A DNA stretch of 64,000 nucleotides from Octopus sinensis. Lineage: Eukaryota. This document shows positions 52,498-63,734 of the stretch, piece after piece; within the stretch, counting starts at the first letter, position 1, and each line of letters opens with the position of its first letter. Where the stretch lies: the NCBI RefSeq assembly GCF_006345805.1, contig NC_043010.1:58342001-58406000 (forward strand), given 5' to 3'. Under the pieces are notes generated by a model. The model did no database searches. It was not told the DNA's origin and was given only the letters and a program-made list of their open reading frames with translations. Made by a program: the position numbers and the translations under genes.

Positions 52498-52815
52498 GCA
52501 TGGCTCAGTTGTTAGTGGATTTGGCTCAAGATTGGAAGGTAATGAGTTTGGTTCCCAGTGGCATGTTGTGTCTTTGAGCAAGACACATTATTTTCACACT
52601 GCTCTCGTTCACTGAGCTGGTAAAAATGAGTAGTACTTGTATTTCAAAGGGCCAGCCTTTTCACACTCTGTGTCAGGTTGAATCTTCCTGGGAACTACTT
52701 TAAGGGTACGCTTGACTGTGGAGTGCTCAACCACTTGCAAGTTAAATTTCATGAACAGGTGGTCCTGTTGATCGGATCAGCTGGAACCCTCATCATCATA
52801 ACCAATGGAATACCA
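52498..52815 (+). mobile_element. Old SINE with family-C-like head/centre and family-D-like 3' half
   Basis: TTGAGCAAGACAC..AAATGAGT as in family C; GTATTTCAAAGGGCCAGCCTT..GTTGATCGGATCA as in 42849-42990. Confidence 0.75.
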
Positions 52816-52837
52816 GTTATATATGCATACATATATA

Positions 52838-53029
52838 CTTTATTATTATTAAAGCTTCAAAAACCTCACAAAAATATCACAAAAAACTGCTACTCAGAGT
52901 TCCATGTTCCAGTTTGTTGGACAGTTTAGATTCTCAGACTAAACTGTCCATTGATCTGGAATGTGAAACTCTGAGTAGCAGTTTTTATGATATTTTTGTG
53001 ATGTTTTTGAAGCTTTAATGATAATAAAG
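52838..53029. repeat. ~190-bp near-perfect hairpin (possible inverted Penelope pLTR ends)
   Basis: Arms pair almost base for base around loop ATTCTCAGA; right arm has CTGT-CCATTGA-..-GAAAC-TCTGA-GTA-GCAG; continues into repeat 53030-53103. Confidence 0.9.
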
Positions 53030-53135
53030 CATATTACTCTAACTCTGGTATTCAAGTACTATTTTATCCCACCTTGTTTCACATTTATGTGCTCACTCTG
53101 GTACATATATATATATATATGTATATGTATTTATG

Positions 53136-53175
<40 letters not shown>

Positions 53176-53195
53176 CACACATATATGTATGTATA

Positions 53196-53378
53196 TCGTT
53201 TTCCATGCCTGATGCCCTTCCTAACGCCAACCACTCCATTGGCATTAGGAAGGGCATCCAGCTGTAGAAACACTACCAGATCAGACTGAGCCTGGTGCAG
53301 CCTCCTGACTTCCCAGACCCCGGTTGAACCGTCCAACCCATGCTAGCATGGAAAACAGACGTTAAACGATGATGATGA
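53196..53378 (+). mobile_element. Fold-back RTE 3' end
   Basis: GATGCCCTTCCTAACGCCAA-loop-TTGGCATTAGGAAGGGCATC (53211-53258) fused to a normal terminus. Confidence 0.8.
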
Positions 53379-53680
53379 TATACATACACACATATATATG
53401 TATATATATATTACACCTATATGTGTGTGTTTATATATATATACGCAAGACTTTTTAAAGAATCTTGAAACTCATTACCATTCCAATATCCAATCATATA
53501 CATACATATATAGTATACAAGTCCCTGGTGTTTTCAATCTTATTGTATTTGTGCAAGATCGGGATAGATACAGCTGACATAGAATGAAGAATCCCAAAAG
53601 ACGTTCTTCAGGCAGCAAGTTGCCAAACGTAGTGGCATTCCAAAACCAATCTTGGCTACATTGAAACACTGAAAGCTCAC

Positions 53681-53726
53681 CTGGTACAGACATGCATCCA
53701 ACCATGACGCTCTGTTCAAAGCCTTT
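53681..53726 (-). CDS. Candidate 46-nt microexon
   Basis: Long polypyrimidine tract ending CCTATAG| acceptor; donor CAG|GTGAGC; frames KGFEQSVMVGCMSVP or KALNRASWLDACLYQ; coding status unknown. Confidence 0.5.
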
Positions 53727-53908
53727 CTATAGGACACAGTGAAAGATGGTGGGGAAGAGCAGGAAAAAGAAGAAAATCCTGCTGTAACAGCATCAAGGTG
53801 TGGACAACACTCAACATTGTGGCCATTCTATAGGTTGAATGTAGGAATGGCCCTAAAATGCTTTGTTTTACCAGCCGCAGGAGGATGAGGATGATGATGT
53901 CAGTGGTG

Positions 53909-53944
<36 letters not shown>

Positions 53945-53966
53945 ATATAACATAATATTATATATT

Positions 53967-54004
<38 letters not shown>

Positions 54005-54699
54005 CGCACACACATACATATGTATATATATGTATGTGTGTGTATACACACACATACATAGTCACACATATGCACAAACACACACATATATACACAATTA
54101 TTCACTTTGATACCCAAAATATAAAACAAACAGACAAAAGAACATTAACAACAACCGCATAAACAATATTGACTGCAACAAGAACAACAACATTAAGTGC
54201 AACAGCAACAAGAACAAGAAACCATATCAAAGAAGGAAAAGAAAAAACCTCCTTAAAAAAATCTTCAACTGAAATAAATCTGGAGAATGTTTTTTTTTAA
54301 CTTGCTTATGGTAGGACACACAGACAGAGGACATTGAGGGGGAGGGAGGGTGGGAGGGAGGGAAAGAGAGAGAGAGAGAGAGAAAGAATGGCAGGTGCTG
54401 CAGAAGAGAAGTAGAGAGAGTGGGGAAGAAAAGAAGAAAGAAATGACATAAAAATAGGAGAGAGAGAGAGAGATGAATGGCAGGATGAGTGTTTATGAAG
54501 AATTTATCCAGTGCAGCCATTGTGTGAGTGTGTCTCCTCCTCCTCCTTACCCCACCCATTCCCCCACCACTGCCACCGCCAACATTCGATATTATCGGTG
54601 CTTCCTACAGCCAATGTTATTATCATCTCTGTCTTACTGAGAATTCTTCAAGACATGGAGAGAGAAAGAAAGTGGGAGAGAGAGTGAGAGAACAGAATG

Positions 54700-54930
54700 T
54701 CTTGTTACACCACATCACACAACACTACACAGTACTACATCCTGACCTACCACACCACATTTTACAGCACTATACTGTATACCATACTACATTACACTAA
54801 ATCAATTCACCGAACACCCCCACCACATAGCTCTACACAATCCAACACCACACCAGACCACAACACACTATATTACATTAAACCACACCAGACCATTCTC
54901 GACTTCATTGCACAGTGCCACACTATTCTG
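54700..54930. repeat. Degenerate (CACTA/CACAC)n pentanucleotide tract
   Basis: Directly visible. Confidence 0.7.
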
Positions 54931-55333
54931 CTATTTAACCCTGGGTCAAACCTGTTCAAATAGGTTTTAGTATTTAATAGAATCTACCCCTTGGATAACC
55001 CACTACACACTCTATGCAACACTTCCACTTCTACTCATTCCATCCACATTATAGATTCTTCAATTTCCATTTTTATTCATATTATATTCATTTCTAATTT
55101 TCCTCCCCCTACTGTATCAGCTTAAACCTATCATACATACATATGGTTATATATATATATATATATATATATATACGTGTGTGTGTGTGTGTTTAATTCT
55201 TCAACAGCTAAAGGGAGACAACTAATTTTCTTATATCAGTTGTGCTTATCAAGTTTCCATCCCTGCATGCATTTGATGTAATCTTTTTATGGTGTTTTAA
55301 ATATTCCAAAATTATTGGTTGAAGTATATTAAT

Positions 55334-55376
55334 CTGATGATTGCTTCATGAATTCATTCTCATGAAACTCAGAGTT
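55334..55376 (+). ncRNA. Decayed hammerhead-like motif
   Basis: CTGATGA..GAAAC-TCAGA-GTT; stem I not paired. Confidence 0.3.
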
Positions 55377-55599
55377 ACACAGTATTATCTAGAAGAGTCA
55401 ATACATACACTCATCCATACATATGTGTATATGGAGGCTTGCTGGTCACTTTTCTTATTTTCTAAAGGTTATTTTCTCAATTCTCTAAGCTCTCCCCACA
55501 ACTTTCCTGAGTTCCTAAATTCCTTTATTTTATATAGATTACCAAAACACACAGCGCTTATAAGTTTGTGAAGAGTCAAGTTTGTATTTGGCCTCAGGC

Positions 55600-55655
55600 C
55601 TGATGAGTTGTCCAAGAAACTACAGCTTTCATGGATGTGAAACCATTGGTCACTC
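55600..55655 (+). ncRNA. Decayed hammerhead-like motif
   Basis: CTGATGA-G..TCCAAGAAA/TTTCATGGA stem II-GAAAC-CATTG-GTC; stem I broken. Confidence 0.4.
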
Positions 55656-55829
55656 TATGACCAGATATTAACTTTGTTACTTAACATATATATACATATA
55701 TAAACACACACACATATATGAGTAAGAGGGCAAATGAAAGGAAAAGGCACTCAATGCACTTAGTAGGAGTTACATATATTATTAAGTCACATGGAACTGA
55801 GTCAAACTGCTTTAAATAATGTGTGTAAG

Positions 55830-55875
<46 letters not shown>

Positions 55876-55877
<2 letters not shown>

Positions 55878-56125
55878 CAGCCTCCGTGCCAATGGCACGT
55901 AAAAAGCACCATCTGATCGTGGCCATTTGCCAGCCTTGTCTGGCACGTAAAAAGCACCCACTACACTCATTGAGTGGTTGGCGTTAGGAAGGGCATCCAG
56001 CTGTAGAAACATTGCCAGATCGGACTGGGCCTGGTGCAGCCTTCTGGCTTCCCAGACTCCATTTGAACCGTCCAACCCATGCCAGCATGGAAAGCGGACG
56101 CTAAACGATGATGATGATGATGATG
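55876..56125 (+). mobile_element. RTE 3'UTR fragment
   Basis: UTR motifs and (GAT)n tail. Confidence 0.85.
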
Positions 56126-56339
56126 ATACTATAAAAACTTTATGGCTCAAACTTGACCATGACAAACAAACCAACATATGACTGTGGGTGCATGATGATG
56201 CTAACGGTCAAGAAATCTTTGACTGGTAATTCTACATGAGTTTAATCAGCATACAAGAAACAACACAGATGCTATATGTATATATATTCAACACATGCTA
56301 TATGTATATATATTCAATACTTGACAAGGAGACTTAACC

Positions 56340-56893
56340 TTAATTAGCCTGGTCACCAGTATAGTTAACCAGGTGATACACGAAGGAGCCATACCCAATG
56401 ACTGGTGTAGCAGCACTATAGTCAACTGCTACAAAGGAAAAGGTGACGCTTTAGATACAAATAATGACAGAGGTATCAAGTTCTTAGATCAGGTAATGAA
56501 GGTCACGGAGAGGGTCATAGCCCAACTAATTAGGGAAAGAGTCAGTTTGGATGAGATACAGTTTGGTTTCGTGCCAGGGAAAAGCACCACTGATGCTATA
56601 TTCCTGGTTAGACAGCTGCAGGAGAAATACCTAGCCAAAGATAAACCCATGTACCTGGCTTTCGTTGACATGGAGAAAGCCTTCAACAGGGTCCCCTGAT
56701 CCCTTATCTGGTGGTCAATGAGGAAACTAGGTATAGATGAATGCACCCACTACACTCTCGGAGTGGTTGGTGTTAGGAAGGGCATCCAGCTGTAGAAACT
56801 TTGCCAGATCAGATTGGAGTCTGGTTCGCCAGACCTCAGTCAAATCATCCATGGTAGTATGGAAAGCGGACGTTAAATGATGATGATGATGAT
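56340..56893 (+). mobile_element. Internally deleted RTE: RT N-terminal part joined directly to the 3' terminus
   Basis: ORF 56373-56699 (YKGKGD..QFGFVPGKSTTDAIF..FVDMEKAFNRVP); junction at ~56743 into CACCCACTACACTC. Confidence 0.85.
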
Positions 56894-57348
56894 ATAATAG
56901 CAATTATTATGAAATCAGTTTCAGACGAAACAATTGTAATTTAATATAAATTTAAGGACTCCTTTTTCTTTAGTTTTATATATATATACTAGCAGCGATA
57001 CCCGACATGCAATTGAAGAATTAGACTTTTCTTTATATTTTCTGTAATGAACTGGAATACTTATGGTTCGAATTTCATAAAAATTGCAGATGAGGGTTCT
57101 TTCCCTCTTTACACACCCTAAAGAAATTCTAATCATGACACATGTATCCCATACTACTGATTTTATGTGCAGATTCCAAAATTCCAGTCTTATAGAACCT
57201 GTTAAAAGGATTTTGCTCCTGAAAAATGGCAGTCATGGAGCGCTACAATGTGGGAGTTAAGGCCCCTATTGCGGCTAGGTGTCTTAATGTCATCCAGAGA
57301 AGTTGAATTGTGAGTACATACGCATACATGTATGTATGTATGTATGTG

Positions 57349-57384
<36 letters not shown>

Positions 57385-57615
57385 AAATGAGATAGGGGTT
57401 GAAAAATTCAACCCACCATGGGATAACATATATCCAATATACTGCTAGATAGGTACCCAACAAGACTAATACATAGATGTTAAAAATTGCCAAGCAATTA
57501 GTTCATCTATTGTATTATATGGGCAAAGGTAATAATATTACCGTAAATTAATACTACAAAATTAGAAAATGGAGAAACATTTTCTAATTTTGTATATATA
57601 TATATATATATATAT

Positions 57616-58010
57616 GTCAGGTCACTTTCGAGTGCTACTGGTAACATGTAACCCAGTACAACCTGTTGCATGGTCGGGCCATCAGCGACTAAACCGGCAA
57701 CCCCACCAAGCTTGCTTGGTGAGGCGGGTGTCTATTGGACACCCTGCAGGATGAAAAACAAAACTCGTCAAAGGGCAGAGGAACTCTTAGTTAGTTAGTT
57801 AGTTAATGACTCTTGGGAGTCAACGGCCATCCAATAAATGTGTAATTTTTTTTCTTCTTAAGGCTTAAGGCTATGTCATGTGCGGGGACATAGAAATAAT
57901 CGGACTGAATACCCGATCGCGCGGTTAAACCATCGGAAGTGAAGGACTCCTGGCCCTTGTTAGGGCATCCTTCTAGAAGAAGGTAACTGGGATAACTCTG
58001 ACATAAAACC
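57616..58010 (+). mobile_element. GC-rich structured repeat, possibly an RTE-type 5'UTR fragment
   Basis: Hairpins CACCAAGC-TT-GCTTGGTG and GGGTGTCTA-T-TGGACACCC; CTAGAAGAAGG..AACTCTGA..AAACC resembles RTE 5'UTR motifs as recalled, not searched. Confidence 0.4.
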
Positions 58011-58339
58011 TATGGCTCAGTGGTTACCAATGATGTTGACTTGTTCTTCTTTTCAGATTATGGCTGCTGTTGCTTAGTGAGTGGGATTGACTCAGTGCAC
58101 AGCCTTTCCTCACTTTAAAAAAATCTTCCTGCACAGGCATTGCACGATAACAACATTGTTCATGATTGTTGATGGTGCTGTGAGTCTCAACTGAATGGCT
58201 GGCTGTAGCCTTAAAAAGCAAATAAAATTCACATTTGATCACAGCACCAATAACAGTTAAGCCTCATGCAATGGCCATATTTGATAACGAGGGGGCAGCC
58301 ATCATGTATGTATGTATATATATATATATATATATATAT

Positions 58340-58800
58340 GATGACTAGAGACCGAGACCTTTGGAAATATACTGTGCGTGAGAAGACCTGGCAGGACAAG
58401 TGAGACCATAACCCGTGGCCTCTAATGGGATGTAGCCAGTCCACTTTTTCCTTCTTGGGACACAAAACTCTACTTGCAAAGACCTGTTGAGGCAAGTGAA
58501 AATCGAAATCGATCAACATCAATGGAAATTGTAGCTGTGATACCAGTGCCGGTGGTACGTAAGAGAACCATCCGAATGTGGCCATTGCCAGTGCCGCCCC
58601 GACTGGCCTCCGTGCCGGTGGCACGTAAAAGGCACCCACAACACTCATGGAGTGGTTGGCGTTAGGAAGGGCATCCCGCCATAGAAACATTGCCAGATCA
58701 GACTGGGCCTGGTGCAGCCTTCTGGCTTCCCAGACCCCAGTTGAACTGTCCAACCCATGCTAGCATGGAAAGCGGACGCTAAACGATGATGATGATGACG
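58340..58800 (+). mobile_element. RTE ORF end plus 3'UTR
   Basis: MTRDRDLWKYTVREKTWQDK-stop, UTR motifs, GAT tail. Confidence 0.88.
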
Positions 58801-58952
58801 AATATATATATATATTTACAAACTTGTTACCAGTTAAAATATACTTGTGGCATTTTCGAACCTGTAAGAAAACCACTGTATTTTGTCATGAAGAAAATTT
58901 TTCCCTGTATACAGTTAGATATAAACACACTTAGTTCACTGTGACCCCTAAC

Positions 58953-59376
58953 CAGTGCTGGATTAACCATTAACCAAAATAAGCACATGCTTAGGGCAAC
59001 AAGGAAAGGAAGGGGCACCACACAAATGGTAAATGGTTTACAGCACAAAAGAAATCCCTTTAAACTTGCTAAAATAATATTTGGGATGCCTTTATCTCTA
59101 CTAAGTATAGATGCAGATGTGTTAACCTAAGATTAATTTTGAGGATCTGATCAAAGACTTTGCAATTCAAAAAAAAGTAGGAGGAAACTTTTCAAATCTA
59201 AATAAAGTGGAAGGAGACAAAAATAAACGTTATTTTCCCTCTTACTGTTTTGTTTCATTTTGAAAAAAAAAATGTTATGGTTTGTTGTTGTTTATATTTT
59301 GAATTACAAAATCTTTTATGGGGGCACCAAAATCTTTTAAGTGCTTAGGGCCTCAATGGGTCTTCATCCAGCCCTG
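58953..59376. mobile_element. Non-autonomous hAT-type MITE
   Basis: TIR CAGTGCTGGATTAA vs reverse-complement CAGGGCTGGATGAA (12/14); 8-bp flanks CCCCTAAC / TCCCTAAG. Confidence 0.75.
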
Positions 59377-59583
59377 TCCCTAAGCAGACTATTGGATGCA
59401 TGCATTTTGGAGGGGTTTTATCAAATGGAAAGGTAGACGTTGCAGATTGGTAAGACAGACATGTCCATCTTATTATAATCTTGTCATAGAACTCAGACTG
59501 ATTGCACTAATTGATGGTTCATCATTAACAAAATAGAGAATAAAAACACTAATCAGTGATGTGTGTAAAAACAAACTTGTTAC

Positions 59584-59675
59584 CTGTCCAAATATGTTTG
59601 AGGCATGTTTGGAAATCTGTAGGAAACTTTTTGCCATAGAAAAAGAGATATCCACTCCAAAATGAATGCATTCAT
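59584..59675 (-). CDS. Candidate exon 3' part (ATG-initiated MNAFILEWISLFLWQKVSYRFPNMPQTYLD)
   Basis: Donor CAG|GTAACA; non-repetitive CpG-containing upstream sequence; no recognised homology. Confidence 0.25.
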
Positions 59676-61104
59676 GAGTTTGTTTAGGAGGCACTGCAAA
59701 CTGACTTGGTGTCTTTACACCGACCGGTCGACAGGGAGAAATTTTCTCCAAGACAAAATACAGGGAATAGCTTTCTTAAAGGTTCACATAGGACTTAAGC
59801 ATATTTACGACGGTAATAAGTTTGTGTTTATACACATCACTGCTTAGCAATTTTATTCTGTGTGTGTGTATGTATGTACATACATATATACATACATATA
59901 TGTAAATATATATACACATGCACACACACGCACAAACACACACCACAAATTCATATAAACGTATGTGTGCAAATCCACAATATCACTACTATACAATGGT
60001 AGATTGCGGTCAAGATATGTTAACAAACACAATAGACAATGGTAATTAGCAATTAATTATTACACAATATACAATAGAAAAAGGTAATAAACTATAATAA
60101 CTCACACAATATACAATTCTATATTGCAAGGAATATAAAACACAGATAATAGACAATTGCTCTAAATTCACCATCAATATCCGATATGTTAGAATAGGTG
60201 AAGATTGTGGAATCTTTAACGTTTTGGTAACCATTTTGGAAGCTGAAATAGAAAAGAACAATTATTAAAGAATTTAAGCAGGGATTTTGTTGAATTCTTG
60301 TAAAGAATCACAAAAAGAAGACAAGTATGAAAACAACTTAGTAAATACTTATATTTTCCATTTATAGAGAATCAAGTTTGGTGCAGTATTTTGCTATCAA
60401 CTTCACAAAGCTGGAGAGGTCCTTCATAAGGATTGTGTATTTAGAGTAATTTAGAAGCATAGAAGCCGCAACATCTCCATATGGTAGAATGAGATGCAGT
60501 TTAAACTAACACACTGCCCTTTTGTAGTGATGCTGCCAACATCAGCATTACTTCATACCTATTTACAATCAGGTGGGTTACTCCTCTTACATGGTTTCCA
60601 GTTTATAGCTATGTGGTCCCTACTTCCTCACTATACTTATTTACAGATATGGGGACTGCACTTCCACCATCATCCCATTTTACAGCTATTTTCTCCCTAT
60701 ACCTCCCCCACACAGTCTATCTATGCTCAGGTTGTCTGTATCTCACACATGGTACGTCTTTATAGCTTTGTGGATAGTAAATTGTTGCTGTTCCCCTTAA
60801 AGCCTTGTAAATTCATTTACTATGGAGAAGAGTTCCAGAGGACCAGTGTTCTGGAAAGAAAAGGACATGGGATTGGAAACAATAAATGGGGAGACAAATG
60901 AATCGGGAATAAAGGTAGCATGAGCTGAACCAGTTCCAAGGAGCAGAGAAAGGTGACAATGTCTCTATGGCCCAAAGGTTGCTATTTGTCTGGTAGTGAA
61001 TTTAGGCGTGTTAGTTGGATGGTTCTTTTCTGAATGTGGTCTGGGCGTCAGTGTTTGCAATACTGGCTGGGCTTCTGATGGGAATGTCGATAATGATGAA
61101 TGAC

Positions 61105-61290
61105 TTTCTGGAAAGTTCCGAGGATGAGATTTTCTGGAAATTTCCGAGGATAAGTCTTCGTGGAAAATTCCGAGGATTTCCTGGTAAGTTCCAATGTTGA
61201 GATACTTGCTGGAAATTTCCGAGGATGACACTTCCAGGAAAATTCCGAGGATTTCATGGAAAGTTCGAAGGACTTGCTGGAAATTTCCGA
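61105..61290. repeat. Minisatellite with GGAAA(T/A/G)TTCCGAGGAT core
   Basis: About 8 irregularly spaced units of 19-30 bp. Confidence 0.8.
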
Positions 61291-61299
61291 TGCAAGTGA

Positions 61300-61900
61300 A
61301 ATCAAAATAAAAATTGCTGAAGGGTCGATAACAGTACCGCCTGATTGGCACTCATGCCAGTGCAACGTTAAAAGCACATCTGAACGTGGGGTGTAACCGG
61401 CCTACTTTTGGGTACCCCTCATTCATTGGACAATGAATTTTGCTTGCAAAGACCTATTGAGGCAAGTCTAAACAAATCAAAATCGCTGACGTGGCCGATG
61501 ACAGTACTGCCTGATTGGCACTCATACCAGAGGAGCGTTAAAAGCATATCCAAGCGTGATCATTGCCAGGGCCACGGATTTGCTCCCATGCTGGTGACAT
61601 GTGTAAAGTACCATTCGAGCATGATCATTGCCAGCATTGATTTACTGGCACATGTTCTAGTGGCATGTATAAACGCCTTTTGAGCGTGGTCGTTGCCAGA
61701 ACCACCTGACTGGCCCACATACCCGTGGTAGGTAAAAGCACCCACTACACTCATAGAGTGGTTGGCATTAGGAAGGGCATCCAGCTGTAGAAACTTTGCC
61801 AGATCAGGTTGAACCTGGTGCAGCCTCTGGTTCACCAGTCCTCAGTCAAACCATCCAACCCATGCCAGCATGGAAAGCAGACATAAAGCGATGATGATGG
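61300..61900 (+). mobile_element. RTE 3'UTR fragment(s)
   Basis: Similar to 25215-25742. Confidence 0.8.
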
Positions 61901-61940
61901 TTATATATATATTTATATATGATAGGCTTCTTTCAGTTTC

Positions 61941-62170
61941 TTATTTCTTTACTGTCCACAAGGGGCTACACTCAGAGTGGACAAACAAGGACAGACAAAT
62001 GGATTAAATCAATTATATCGACCCCAGTGAGTAACTGGTACTTATTTAATTGACCCTGAAAGGATGAAAGACAAAGTCGACCTCAGTGAAATCTGAACTC
62101 AGAATGTAGCAGTAGAAGAAATACTGCTAAGCATTTCGCCCGGCATGCTAACGATTCTGCCAGCTCGCCT
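61941..62170 (-). mobile_element. SINE family B variant with alternative tail, 15-bp TSD
   Basis: GCTTCTTTCAGTTTC at 61926-61940 and 62171-62185; inserted into a family A head running to ~62320. Confidence 0.9.
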
Positions 62171-62384
62171 GCTTCTTTCAGTTTCTGTTTATCAAATCCA
62201 CTCATAAGGTTTTAGTCAGCCTGAGGCTATAGTAGAAGACACTTGCCCAAGGTGTCACGCAGTGGGACTGAACCAGGAACTATGTGGTTGGGAAGCAAGC
62301 TTCTTACCACATAGCCACGTTTGTGTCTATTCTTACTGCCCAGCTGGTTTTAGAAAACCTACAATGCTAGATGTTCTATATATA

Positions 62385-62560
62385 TAACAGCCACGTATAT
62401 TTTCATTACTGGTGGCTTCAGCCACCCTGAAATTGAAGGGGAAACTTTTCGTTGGTAATAACACTTTGGACCTGCTCTTTACCACCATTCCTAGAACTGT
62501 TATCAGTGTTGTGACAAAGGAACCTCTAAGTGACTCAATCATGCTATGATCATTGCCATT
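62385..62560 (+). mobile_element. Decayed APE-endonuclease fragment of a LINE
   Basis: IFITGGFSHPEI..NTLDLLFTTIP..V.SV..EPLS..HAMI resembles the GDFN/LDL/SDH motifs. Confidence 0.5.
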
Positions 62561-63628
62561 CTGTCTCTTGTAGGCAGAAACAAGAAGCACTACCACCTTC
62601 AAACCACCCGCTTTGACTAAAACTGTTACCGTAAGGAGTTACGACACCTAAACTGGTTTAAATTTTACAATCCAGGGGATATCAATACTGTTTTTCAAAA
62701 TATCCTCAGTGCAATCTGGACTGCATGTGAAGCATTACTACTGTACAAACGCTCTAGAAATAAAAACAGTGTAATTTGGGAGACTGCAGCAGTTCGACTT
62801 GCCAGGAAAGATCATTGTGATGCTGAACAGAAATACAATTGACAACCCCAATAATTAACTTTTCAGACTGACATTTATTTTATCAATTTCTTTTGCCAAA
62901 CCACTACATTATAAGGGCTGAACACACCAATATGGAGTGAATTTTAGGGCATATAAATCTAATATTTTTCTATTCTTCCTTAATACCGGTTACCATATGC
63001 TGCTCATATCTGCACTCAGTCTGCTTAGTAGGTTATTATGTCCTAGCATATGTGCTGCCTCTTTTAGTTTTCATATTTTCCAGTGATGTTCTCTGTCTAT
63101 AAGGTGCCACGCATTGGAATTGAACCTTGAACCATGAGCTTGGGAACGAAATTTCAAACTCTATGTGTGTGTGTGTGCCTGTCTTTGTATCTGTATTTGT
63201 CCCCCAACGCTGCTTGACAATTAGTATTGGTGTGTTCAGCCCTTATAATGTAGTGGTTTGTCAAAAGAAATTGATAAAATAAATGTCAGGCTGAAAAGTT
63301 AATTATTGCGGTTGTCAATTCATTTGACTAAAAATTCTTCAATGTGGTGCCCCAGCATGGTCGCAGTCTAAGGAATGAAACAAGTAGAAGATATTTGTAT
63401 ATATATAGATATAGCAAAATGTATAAATATATGTATGCATATTCAGATATGCACATTCATTCGCATTCATACACACACGCACACCACACACACACACACA
63501 CACACACACACCGAGGCTTGCTTCAGCTGTCACTAAGCTGTCTTTGAACAAGGTGCATAACTCTGTATAATCATGATTTATTAACTGAATAACCAGATCA
63601 TACACACGTATGTATGTAAAGGTACCTG

Positions 63629-63659
<31 letters not shown>

Positions 63660-63661
63660 AA

Positions 63662-63729
<68 letters not shown>

Positions 63730-63734
63730 CACAT

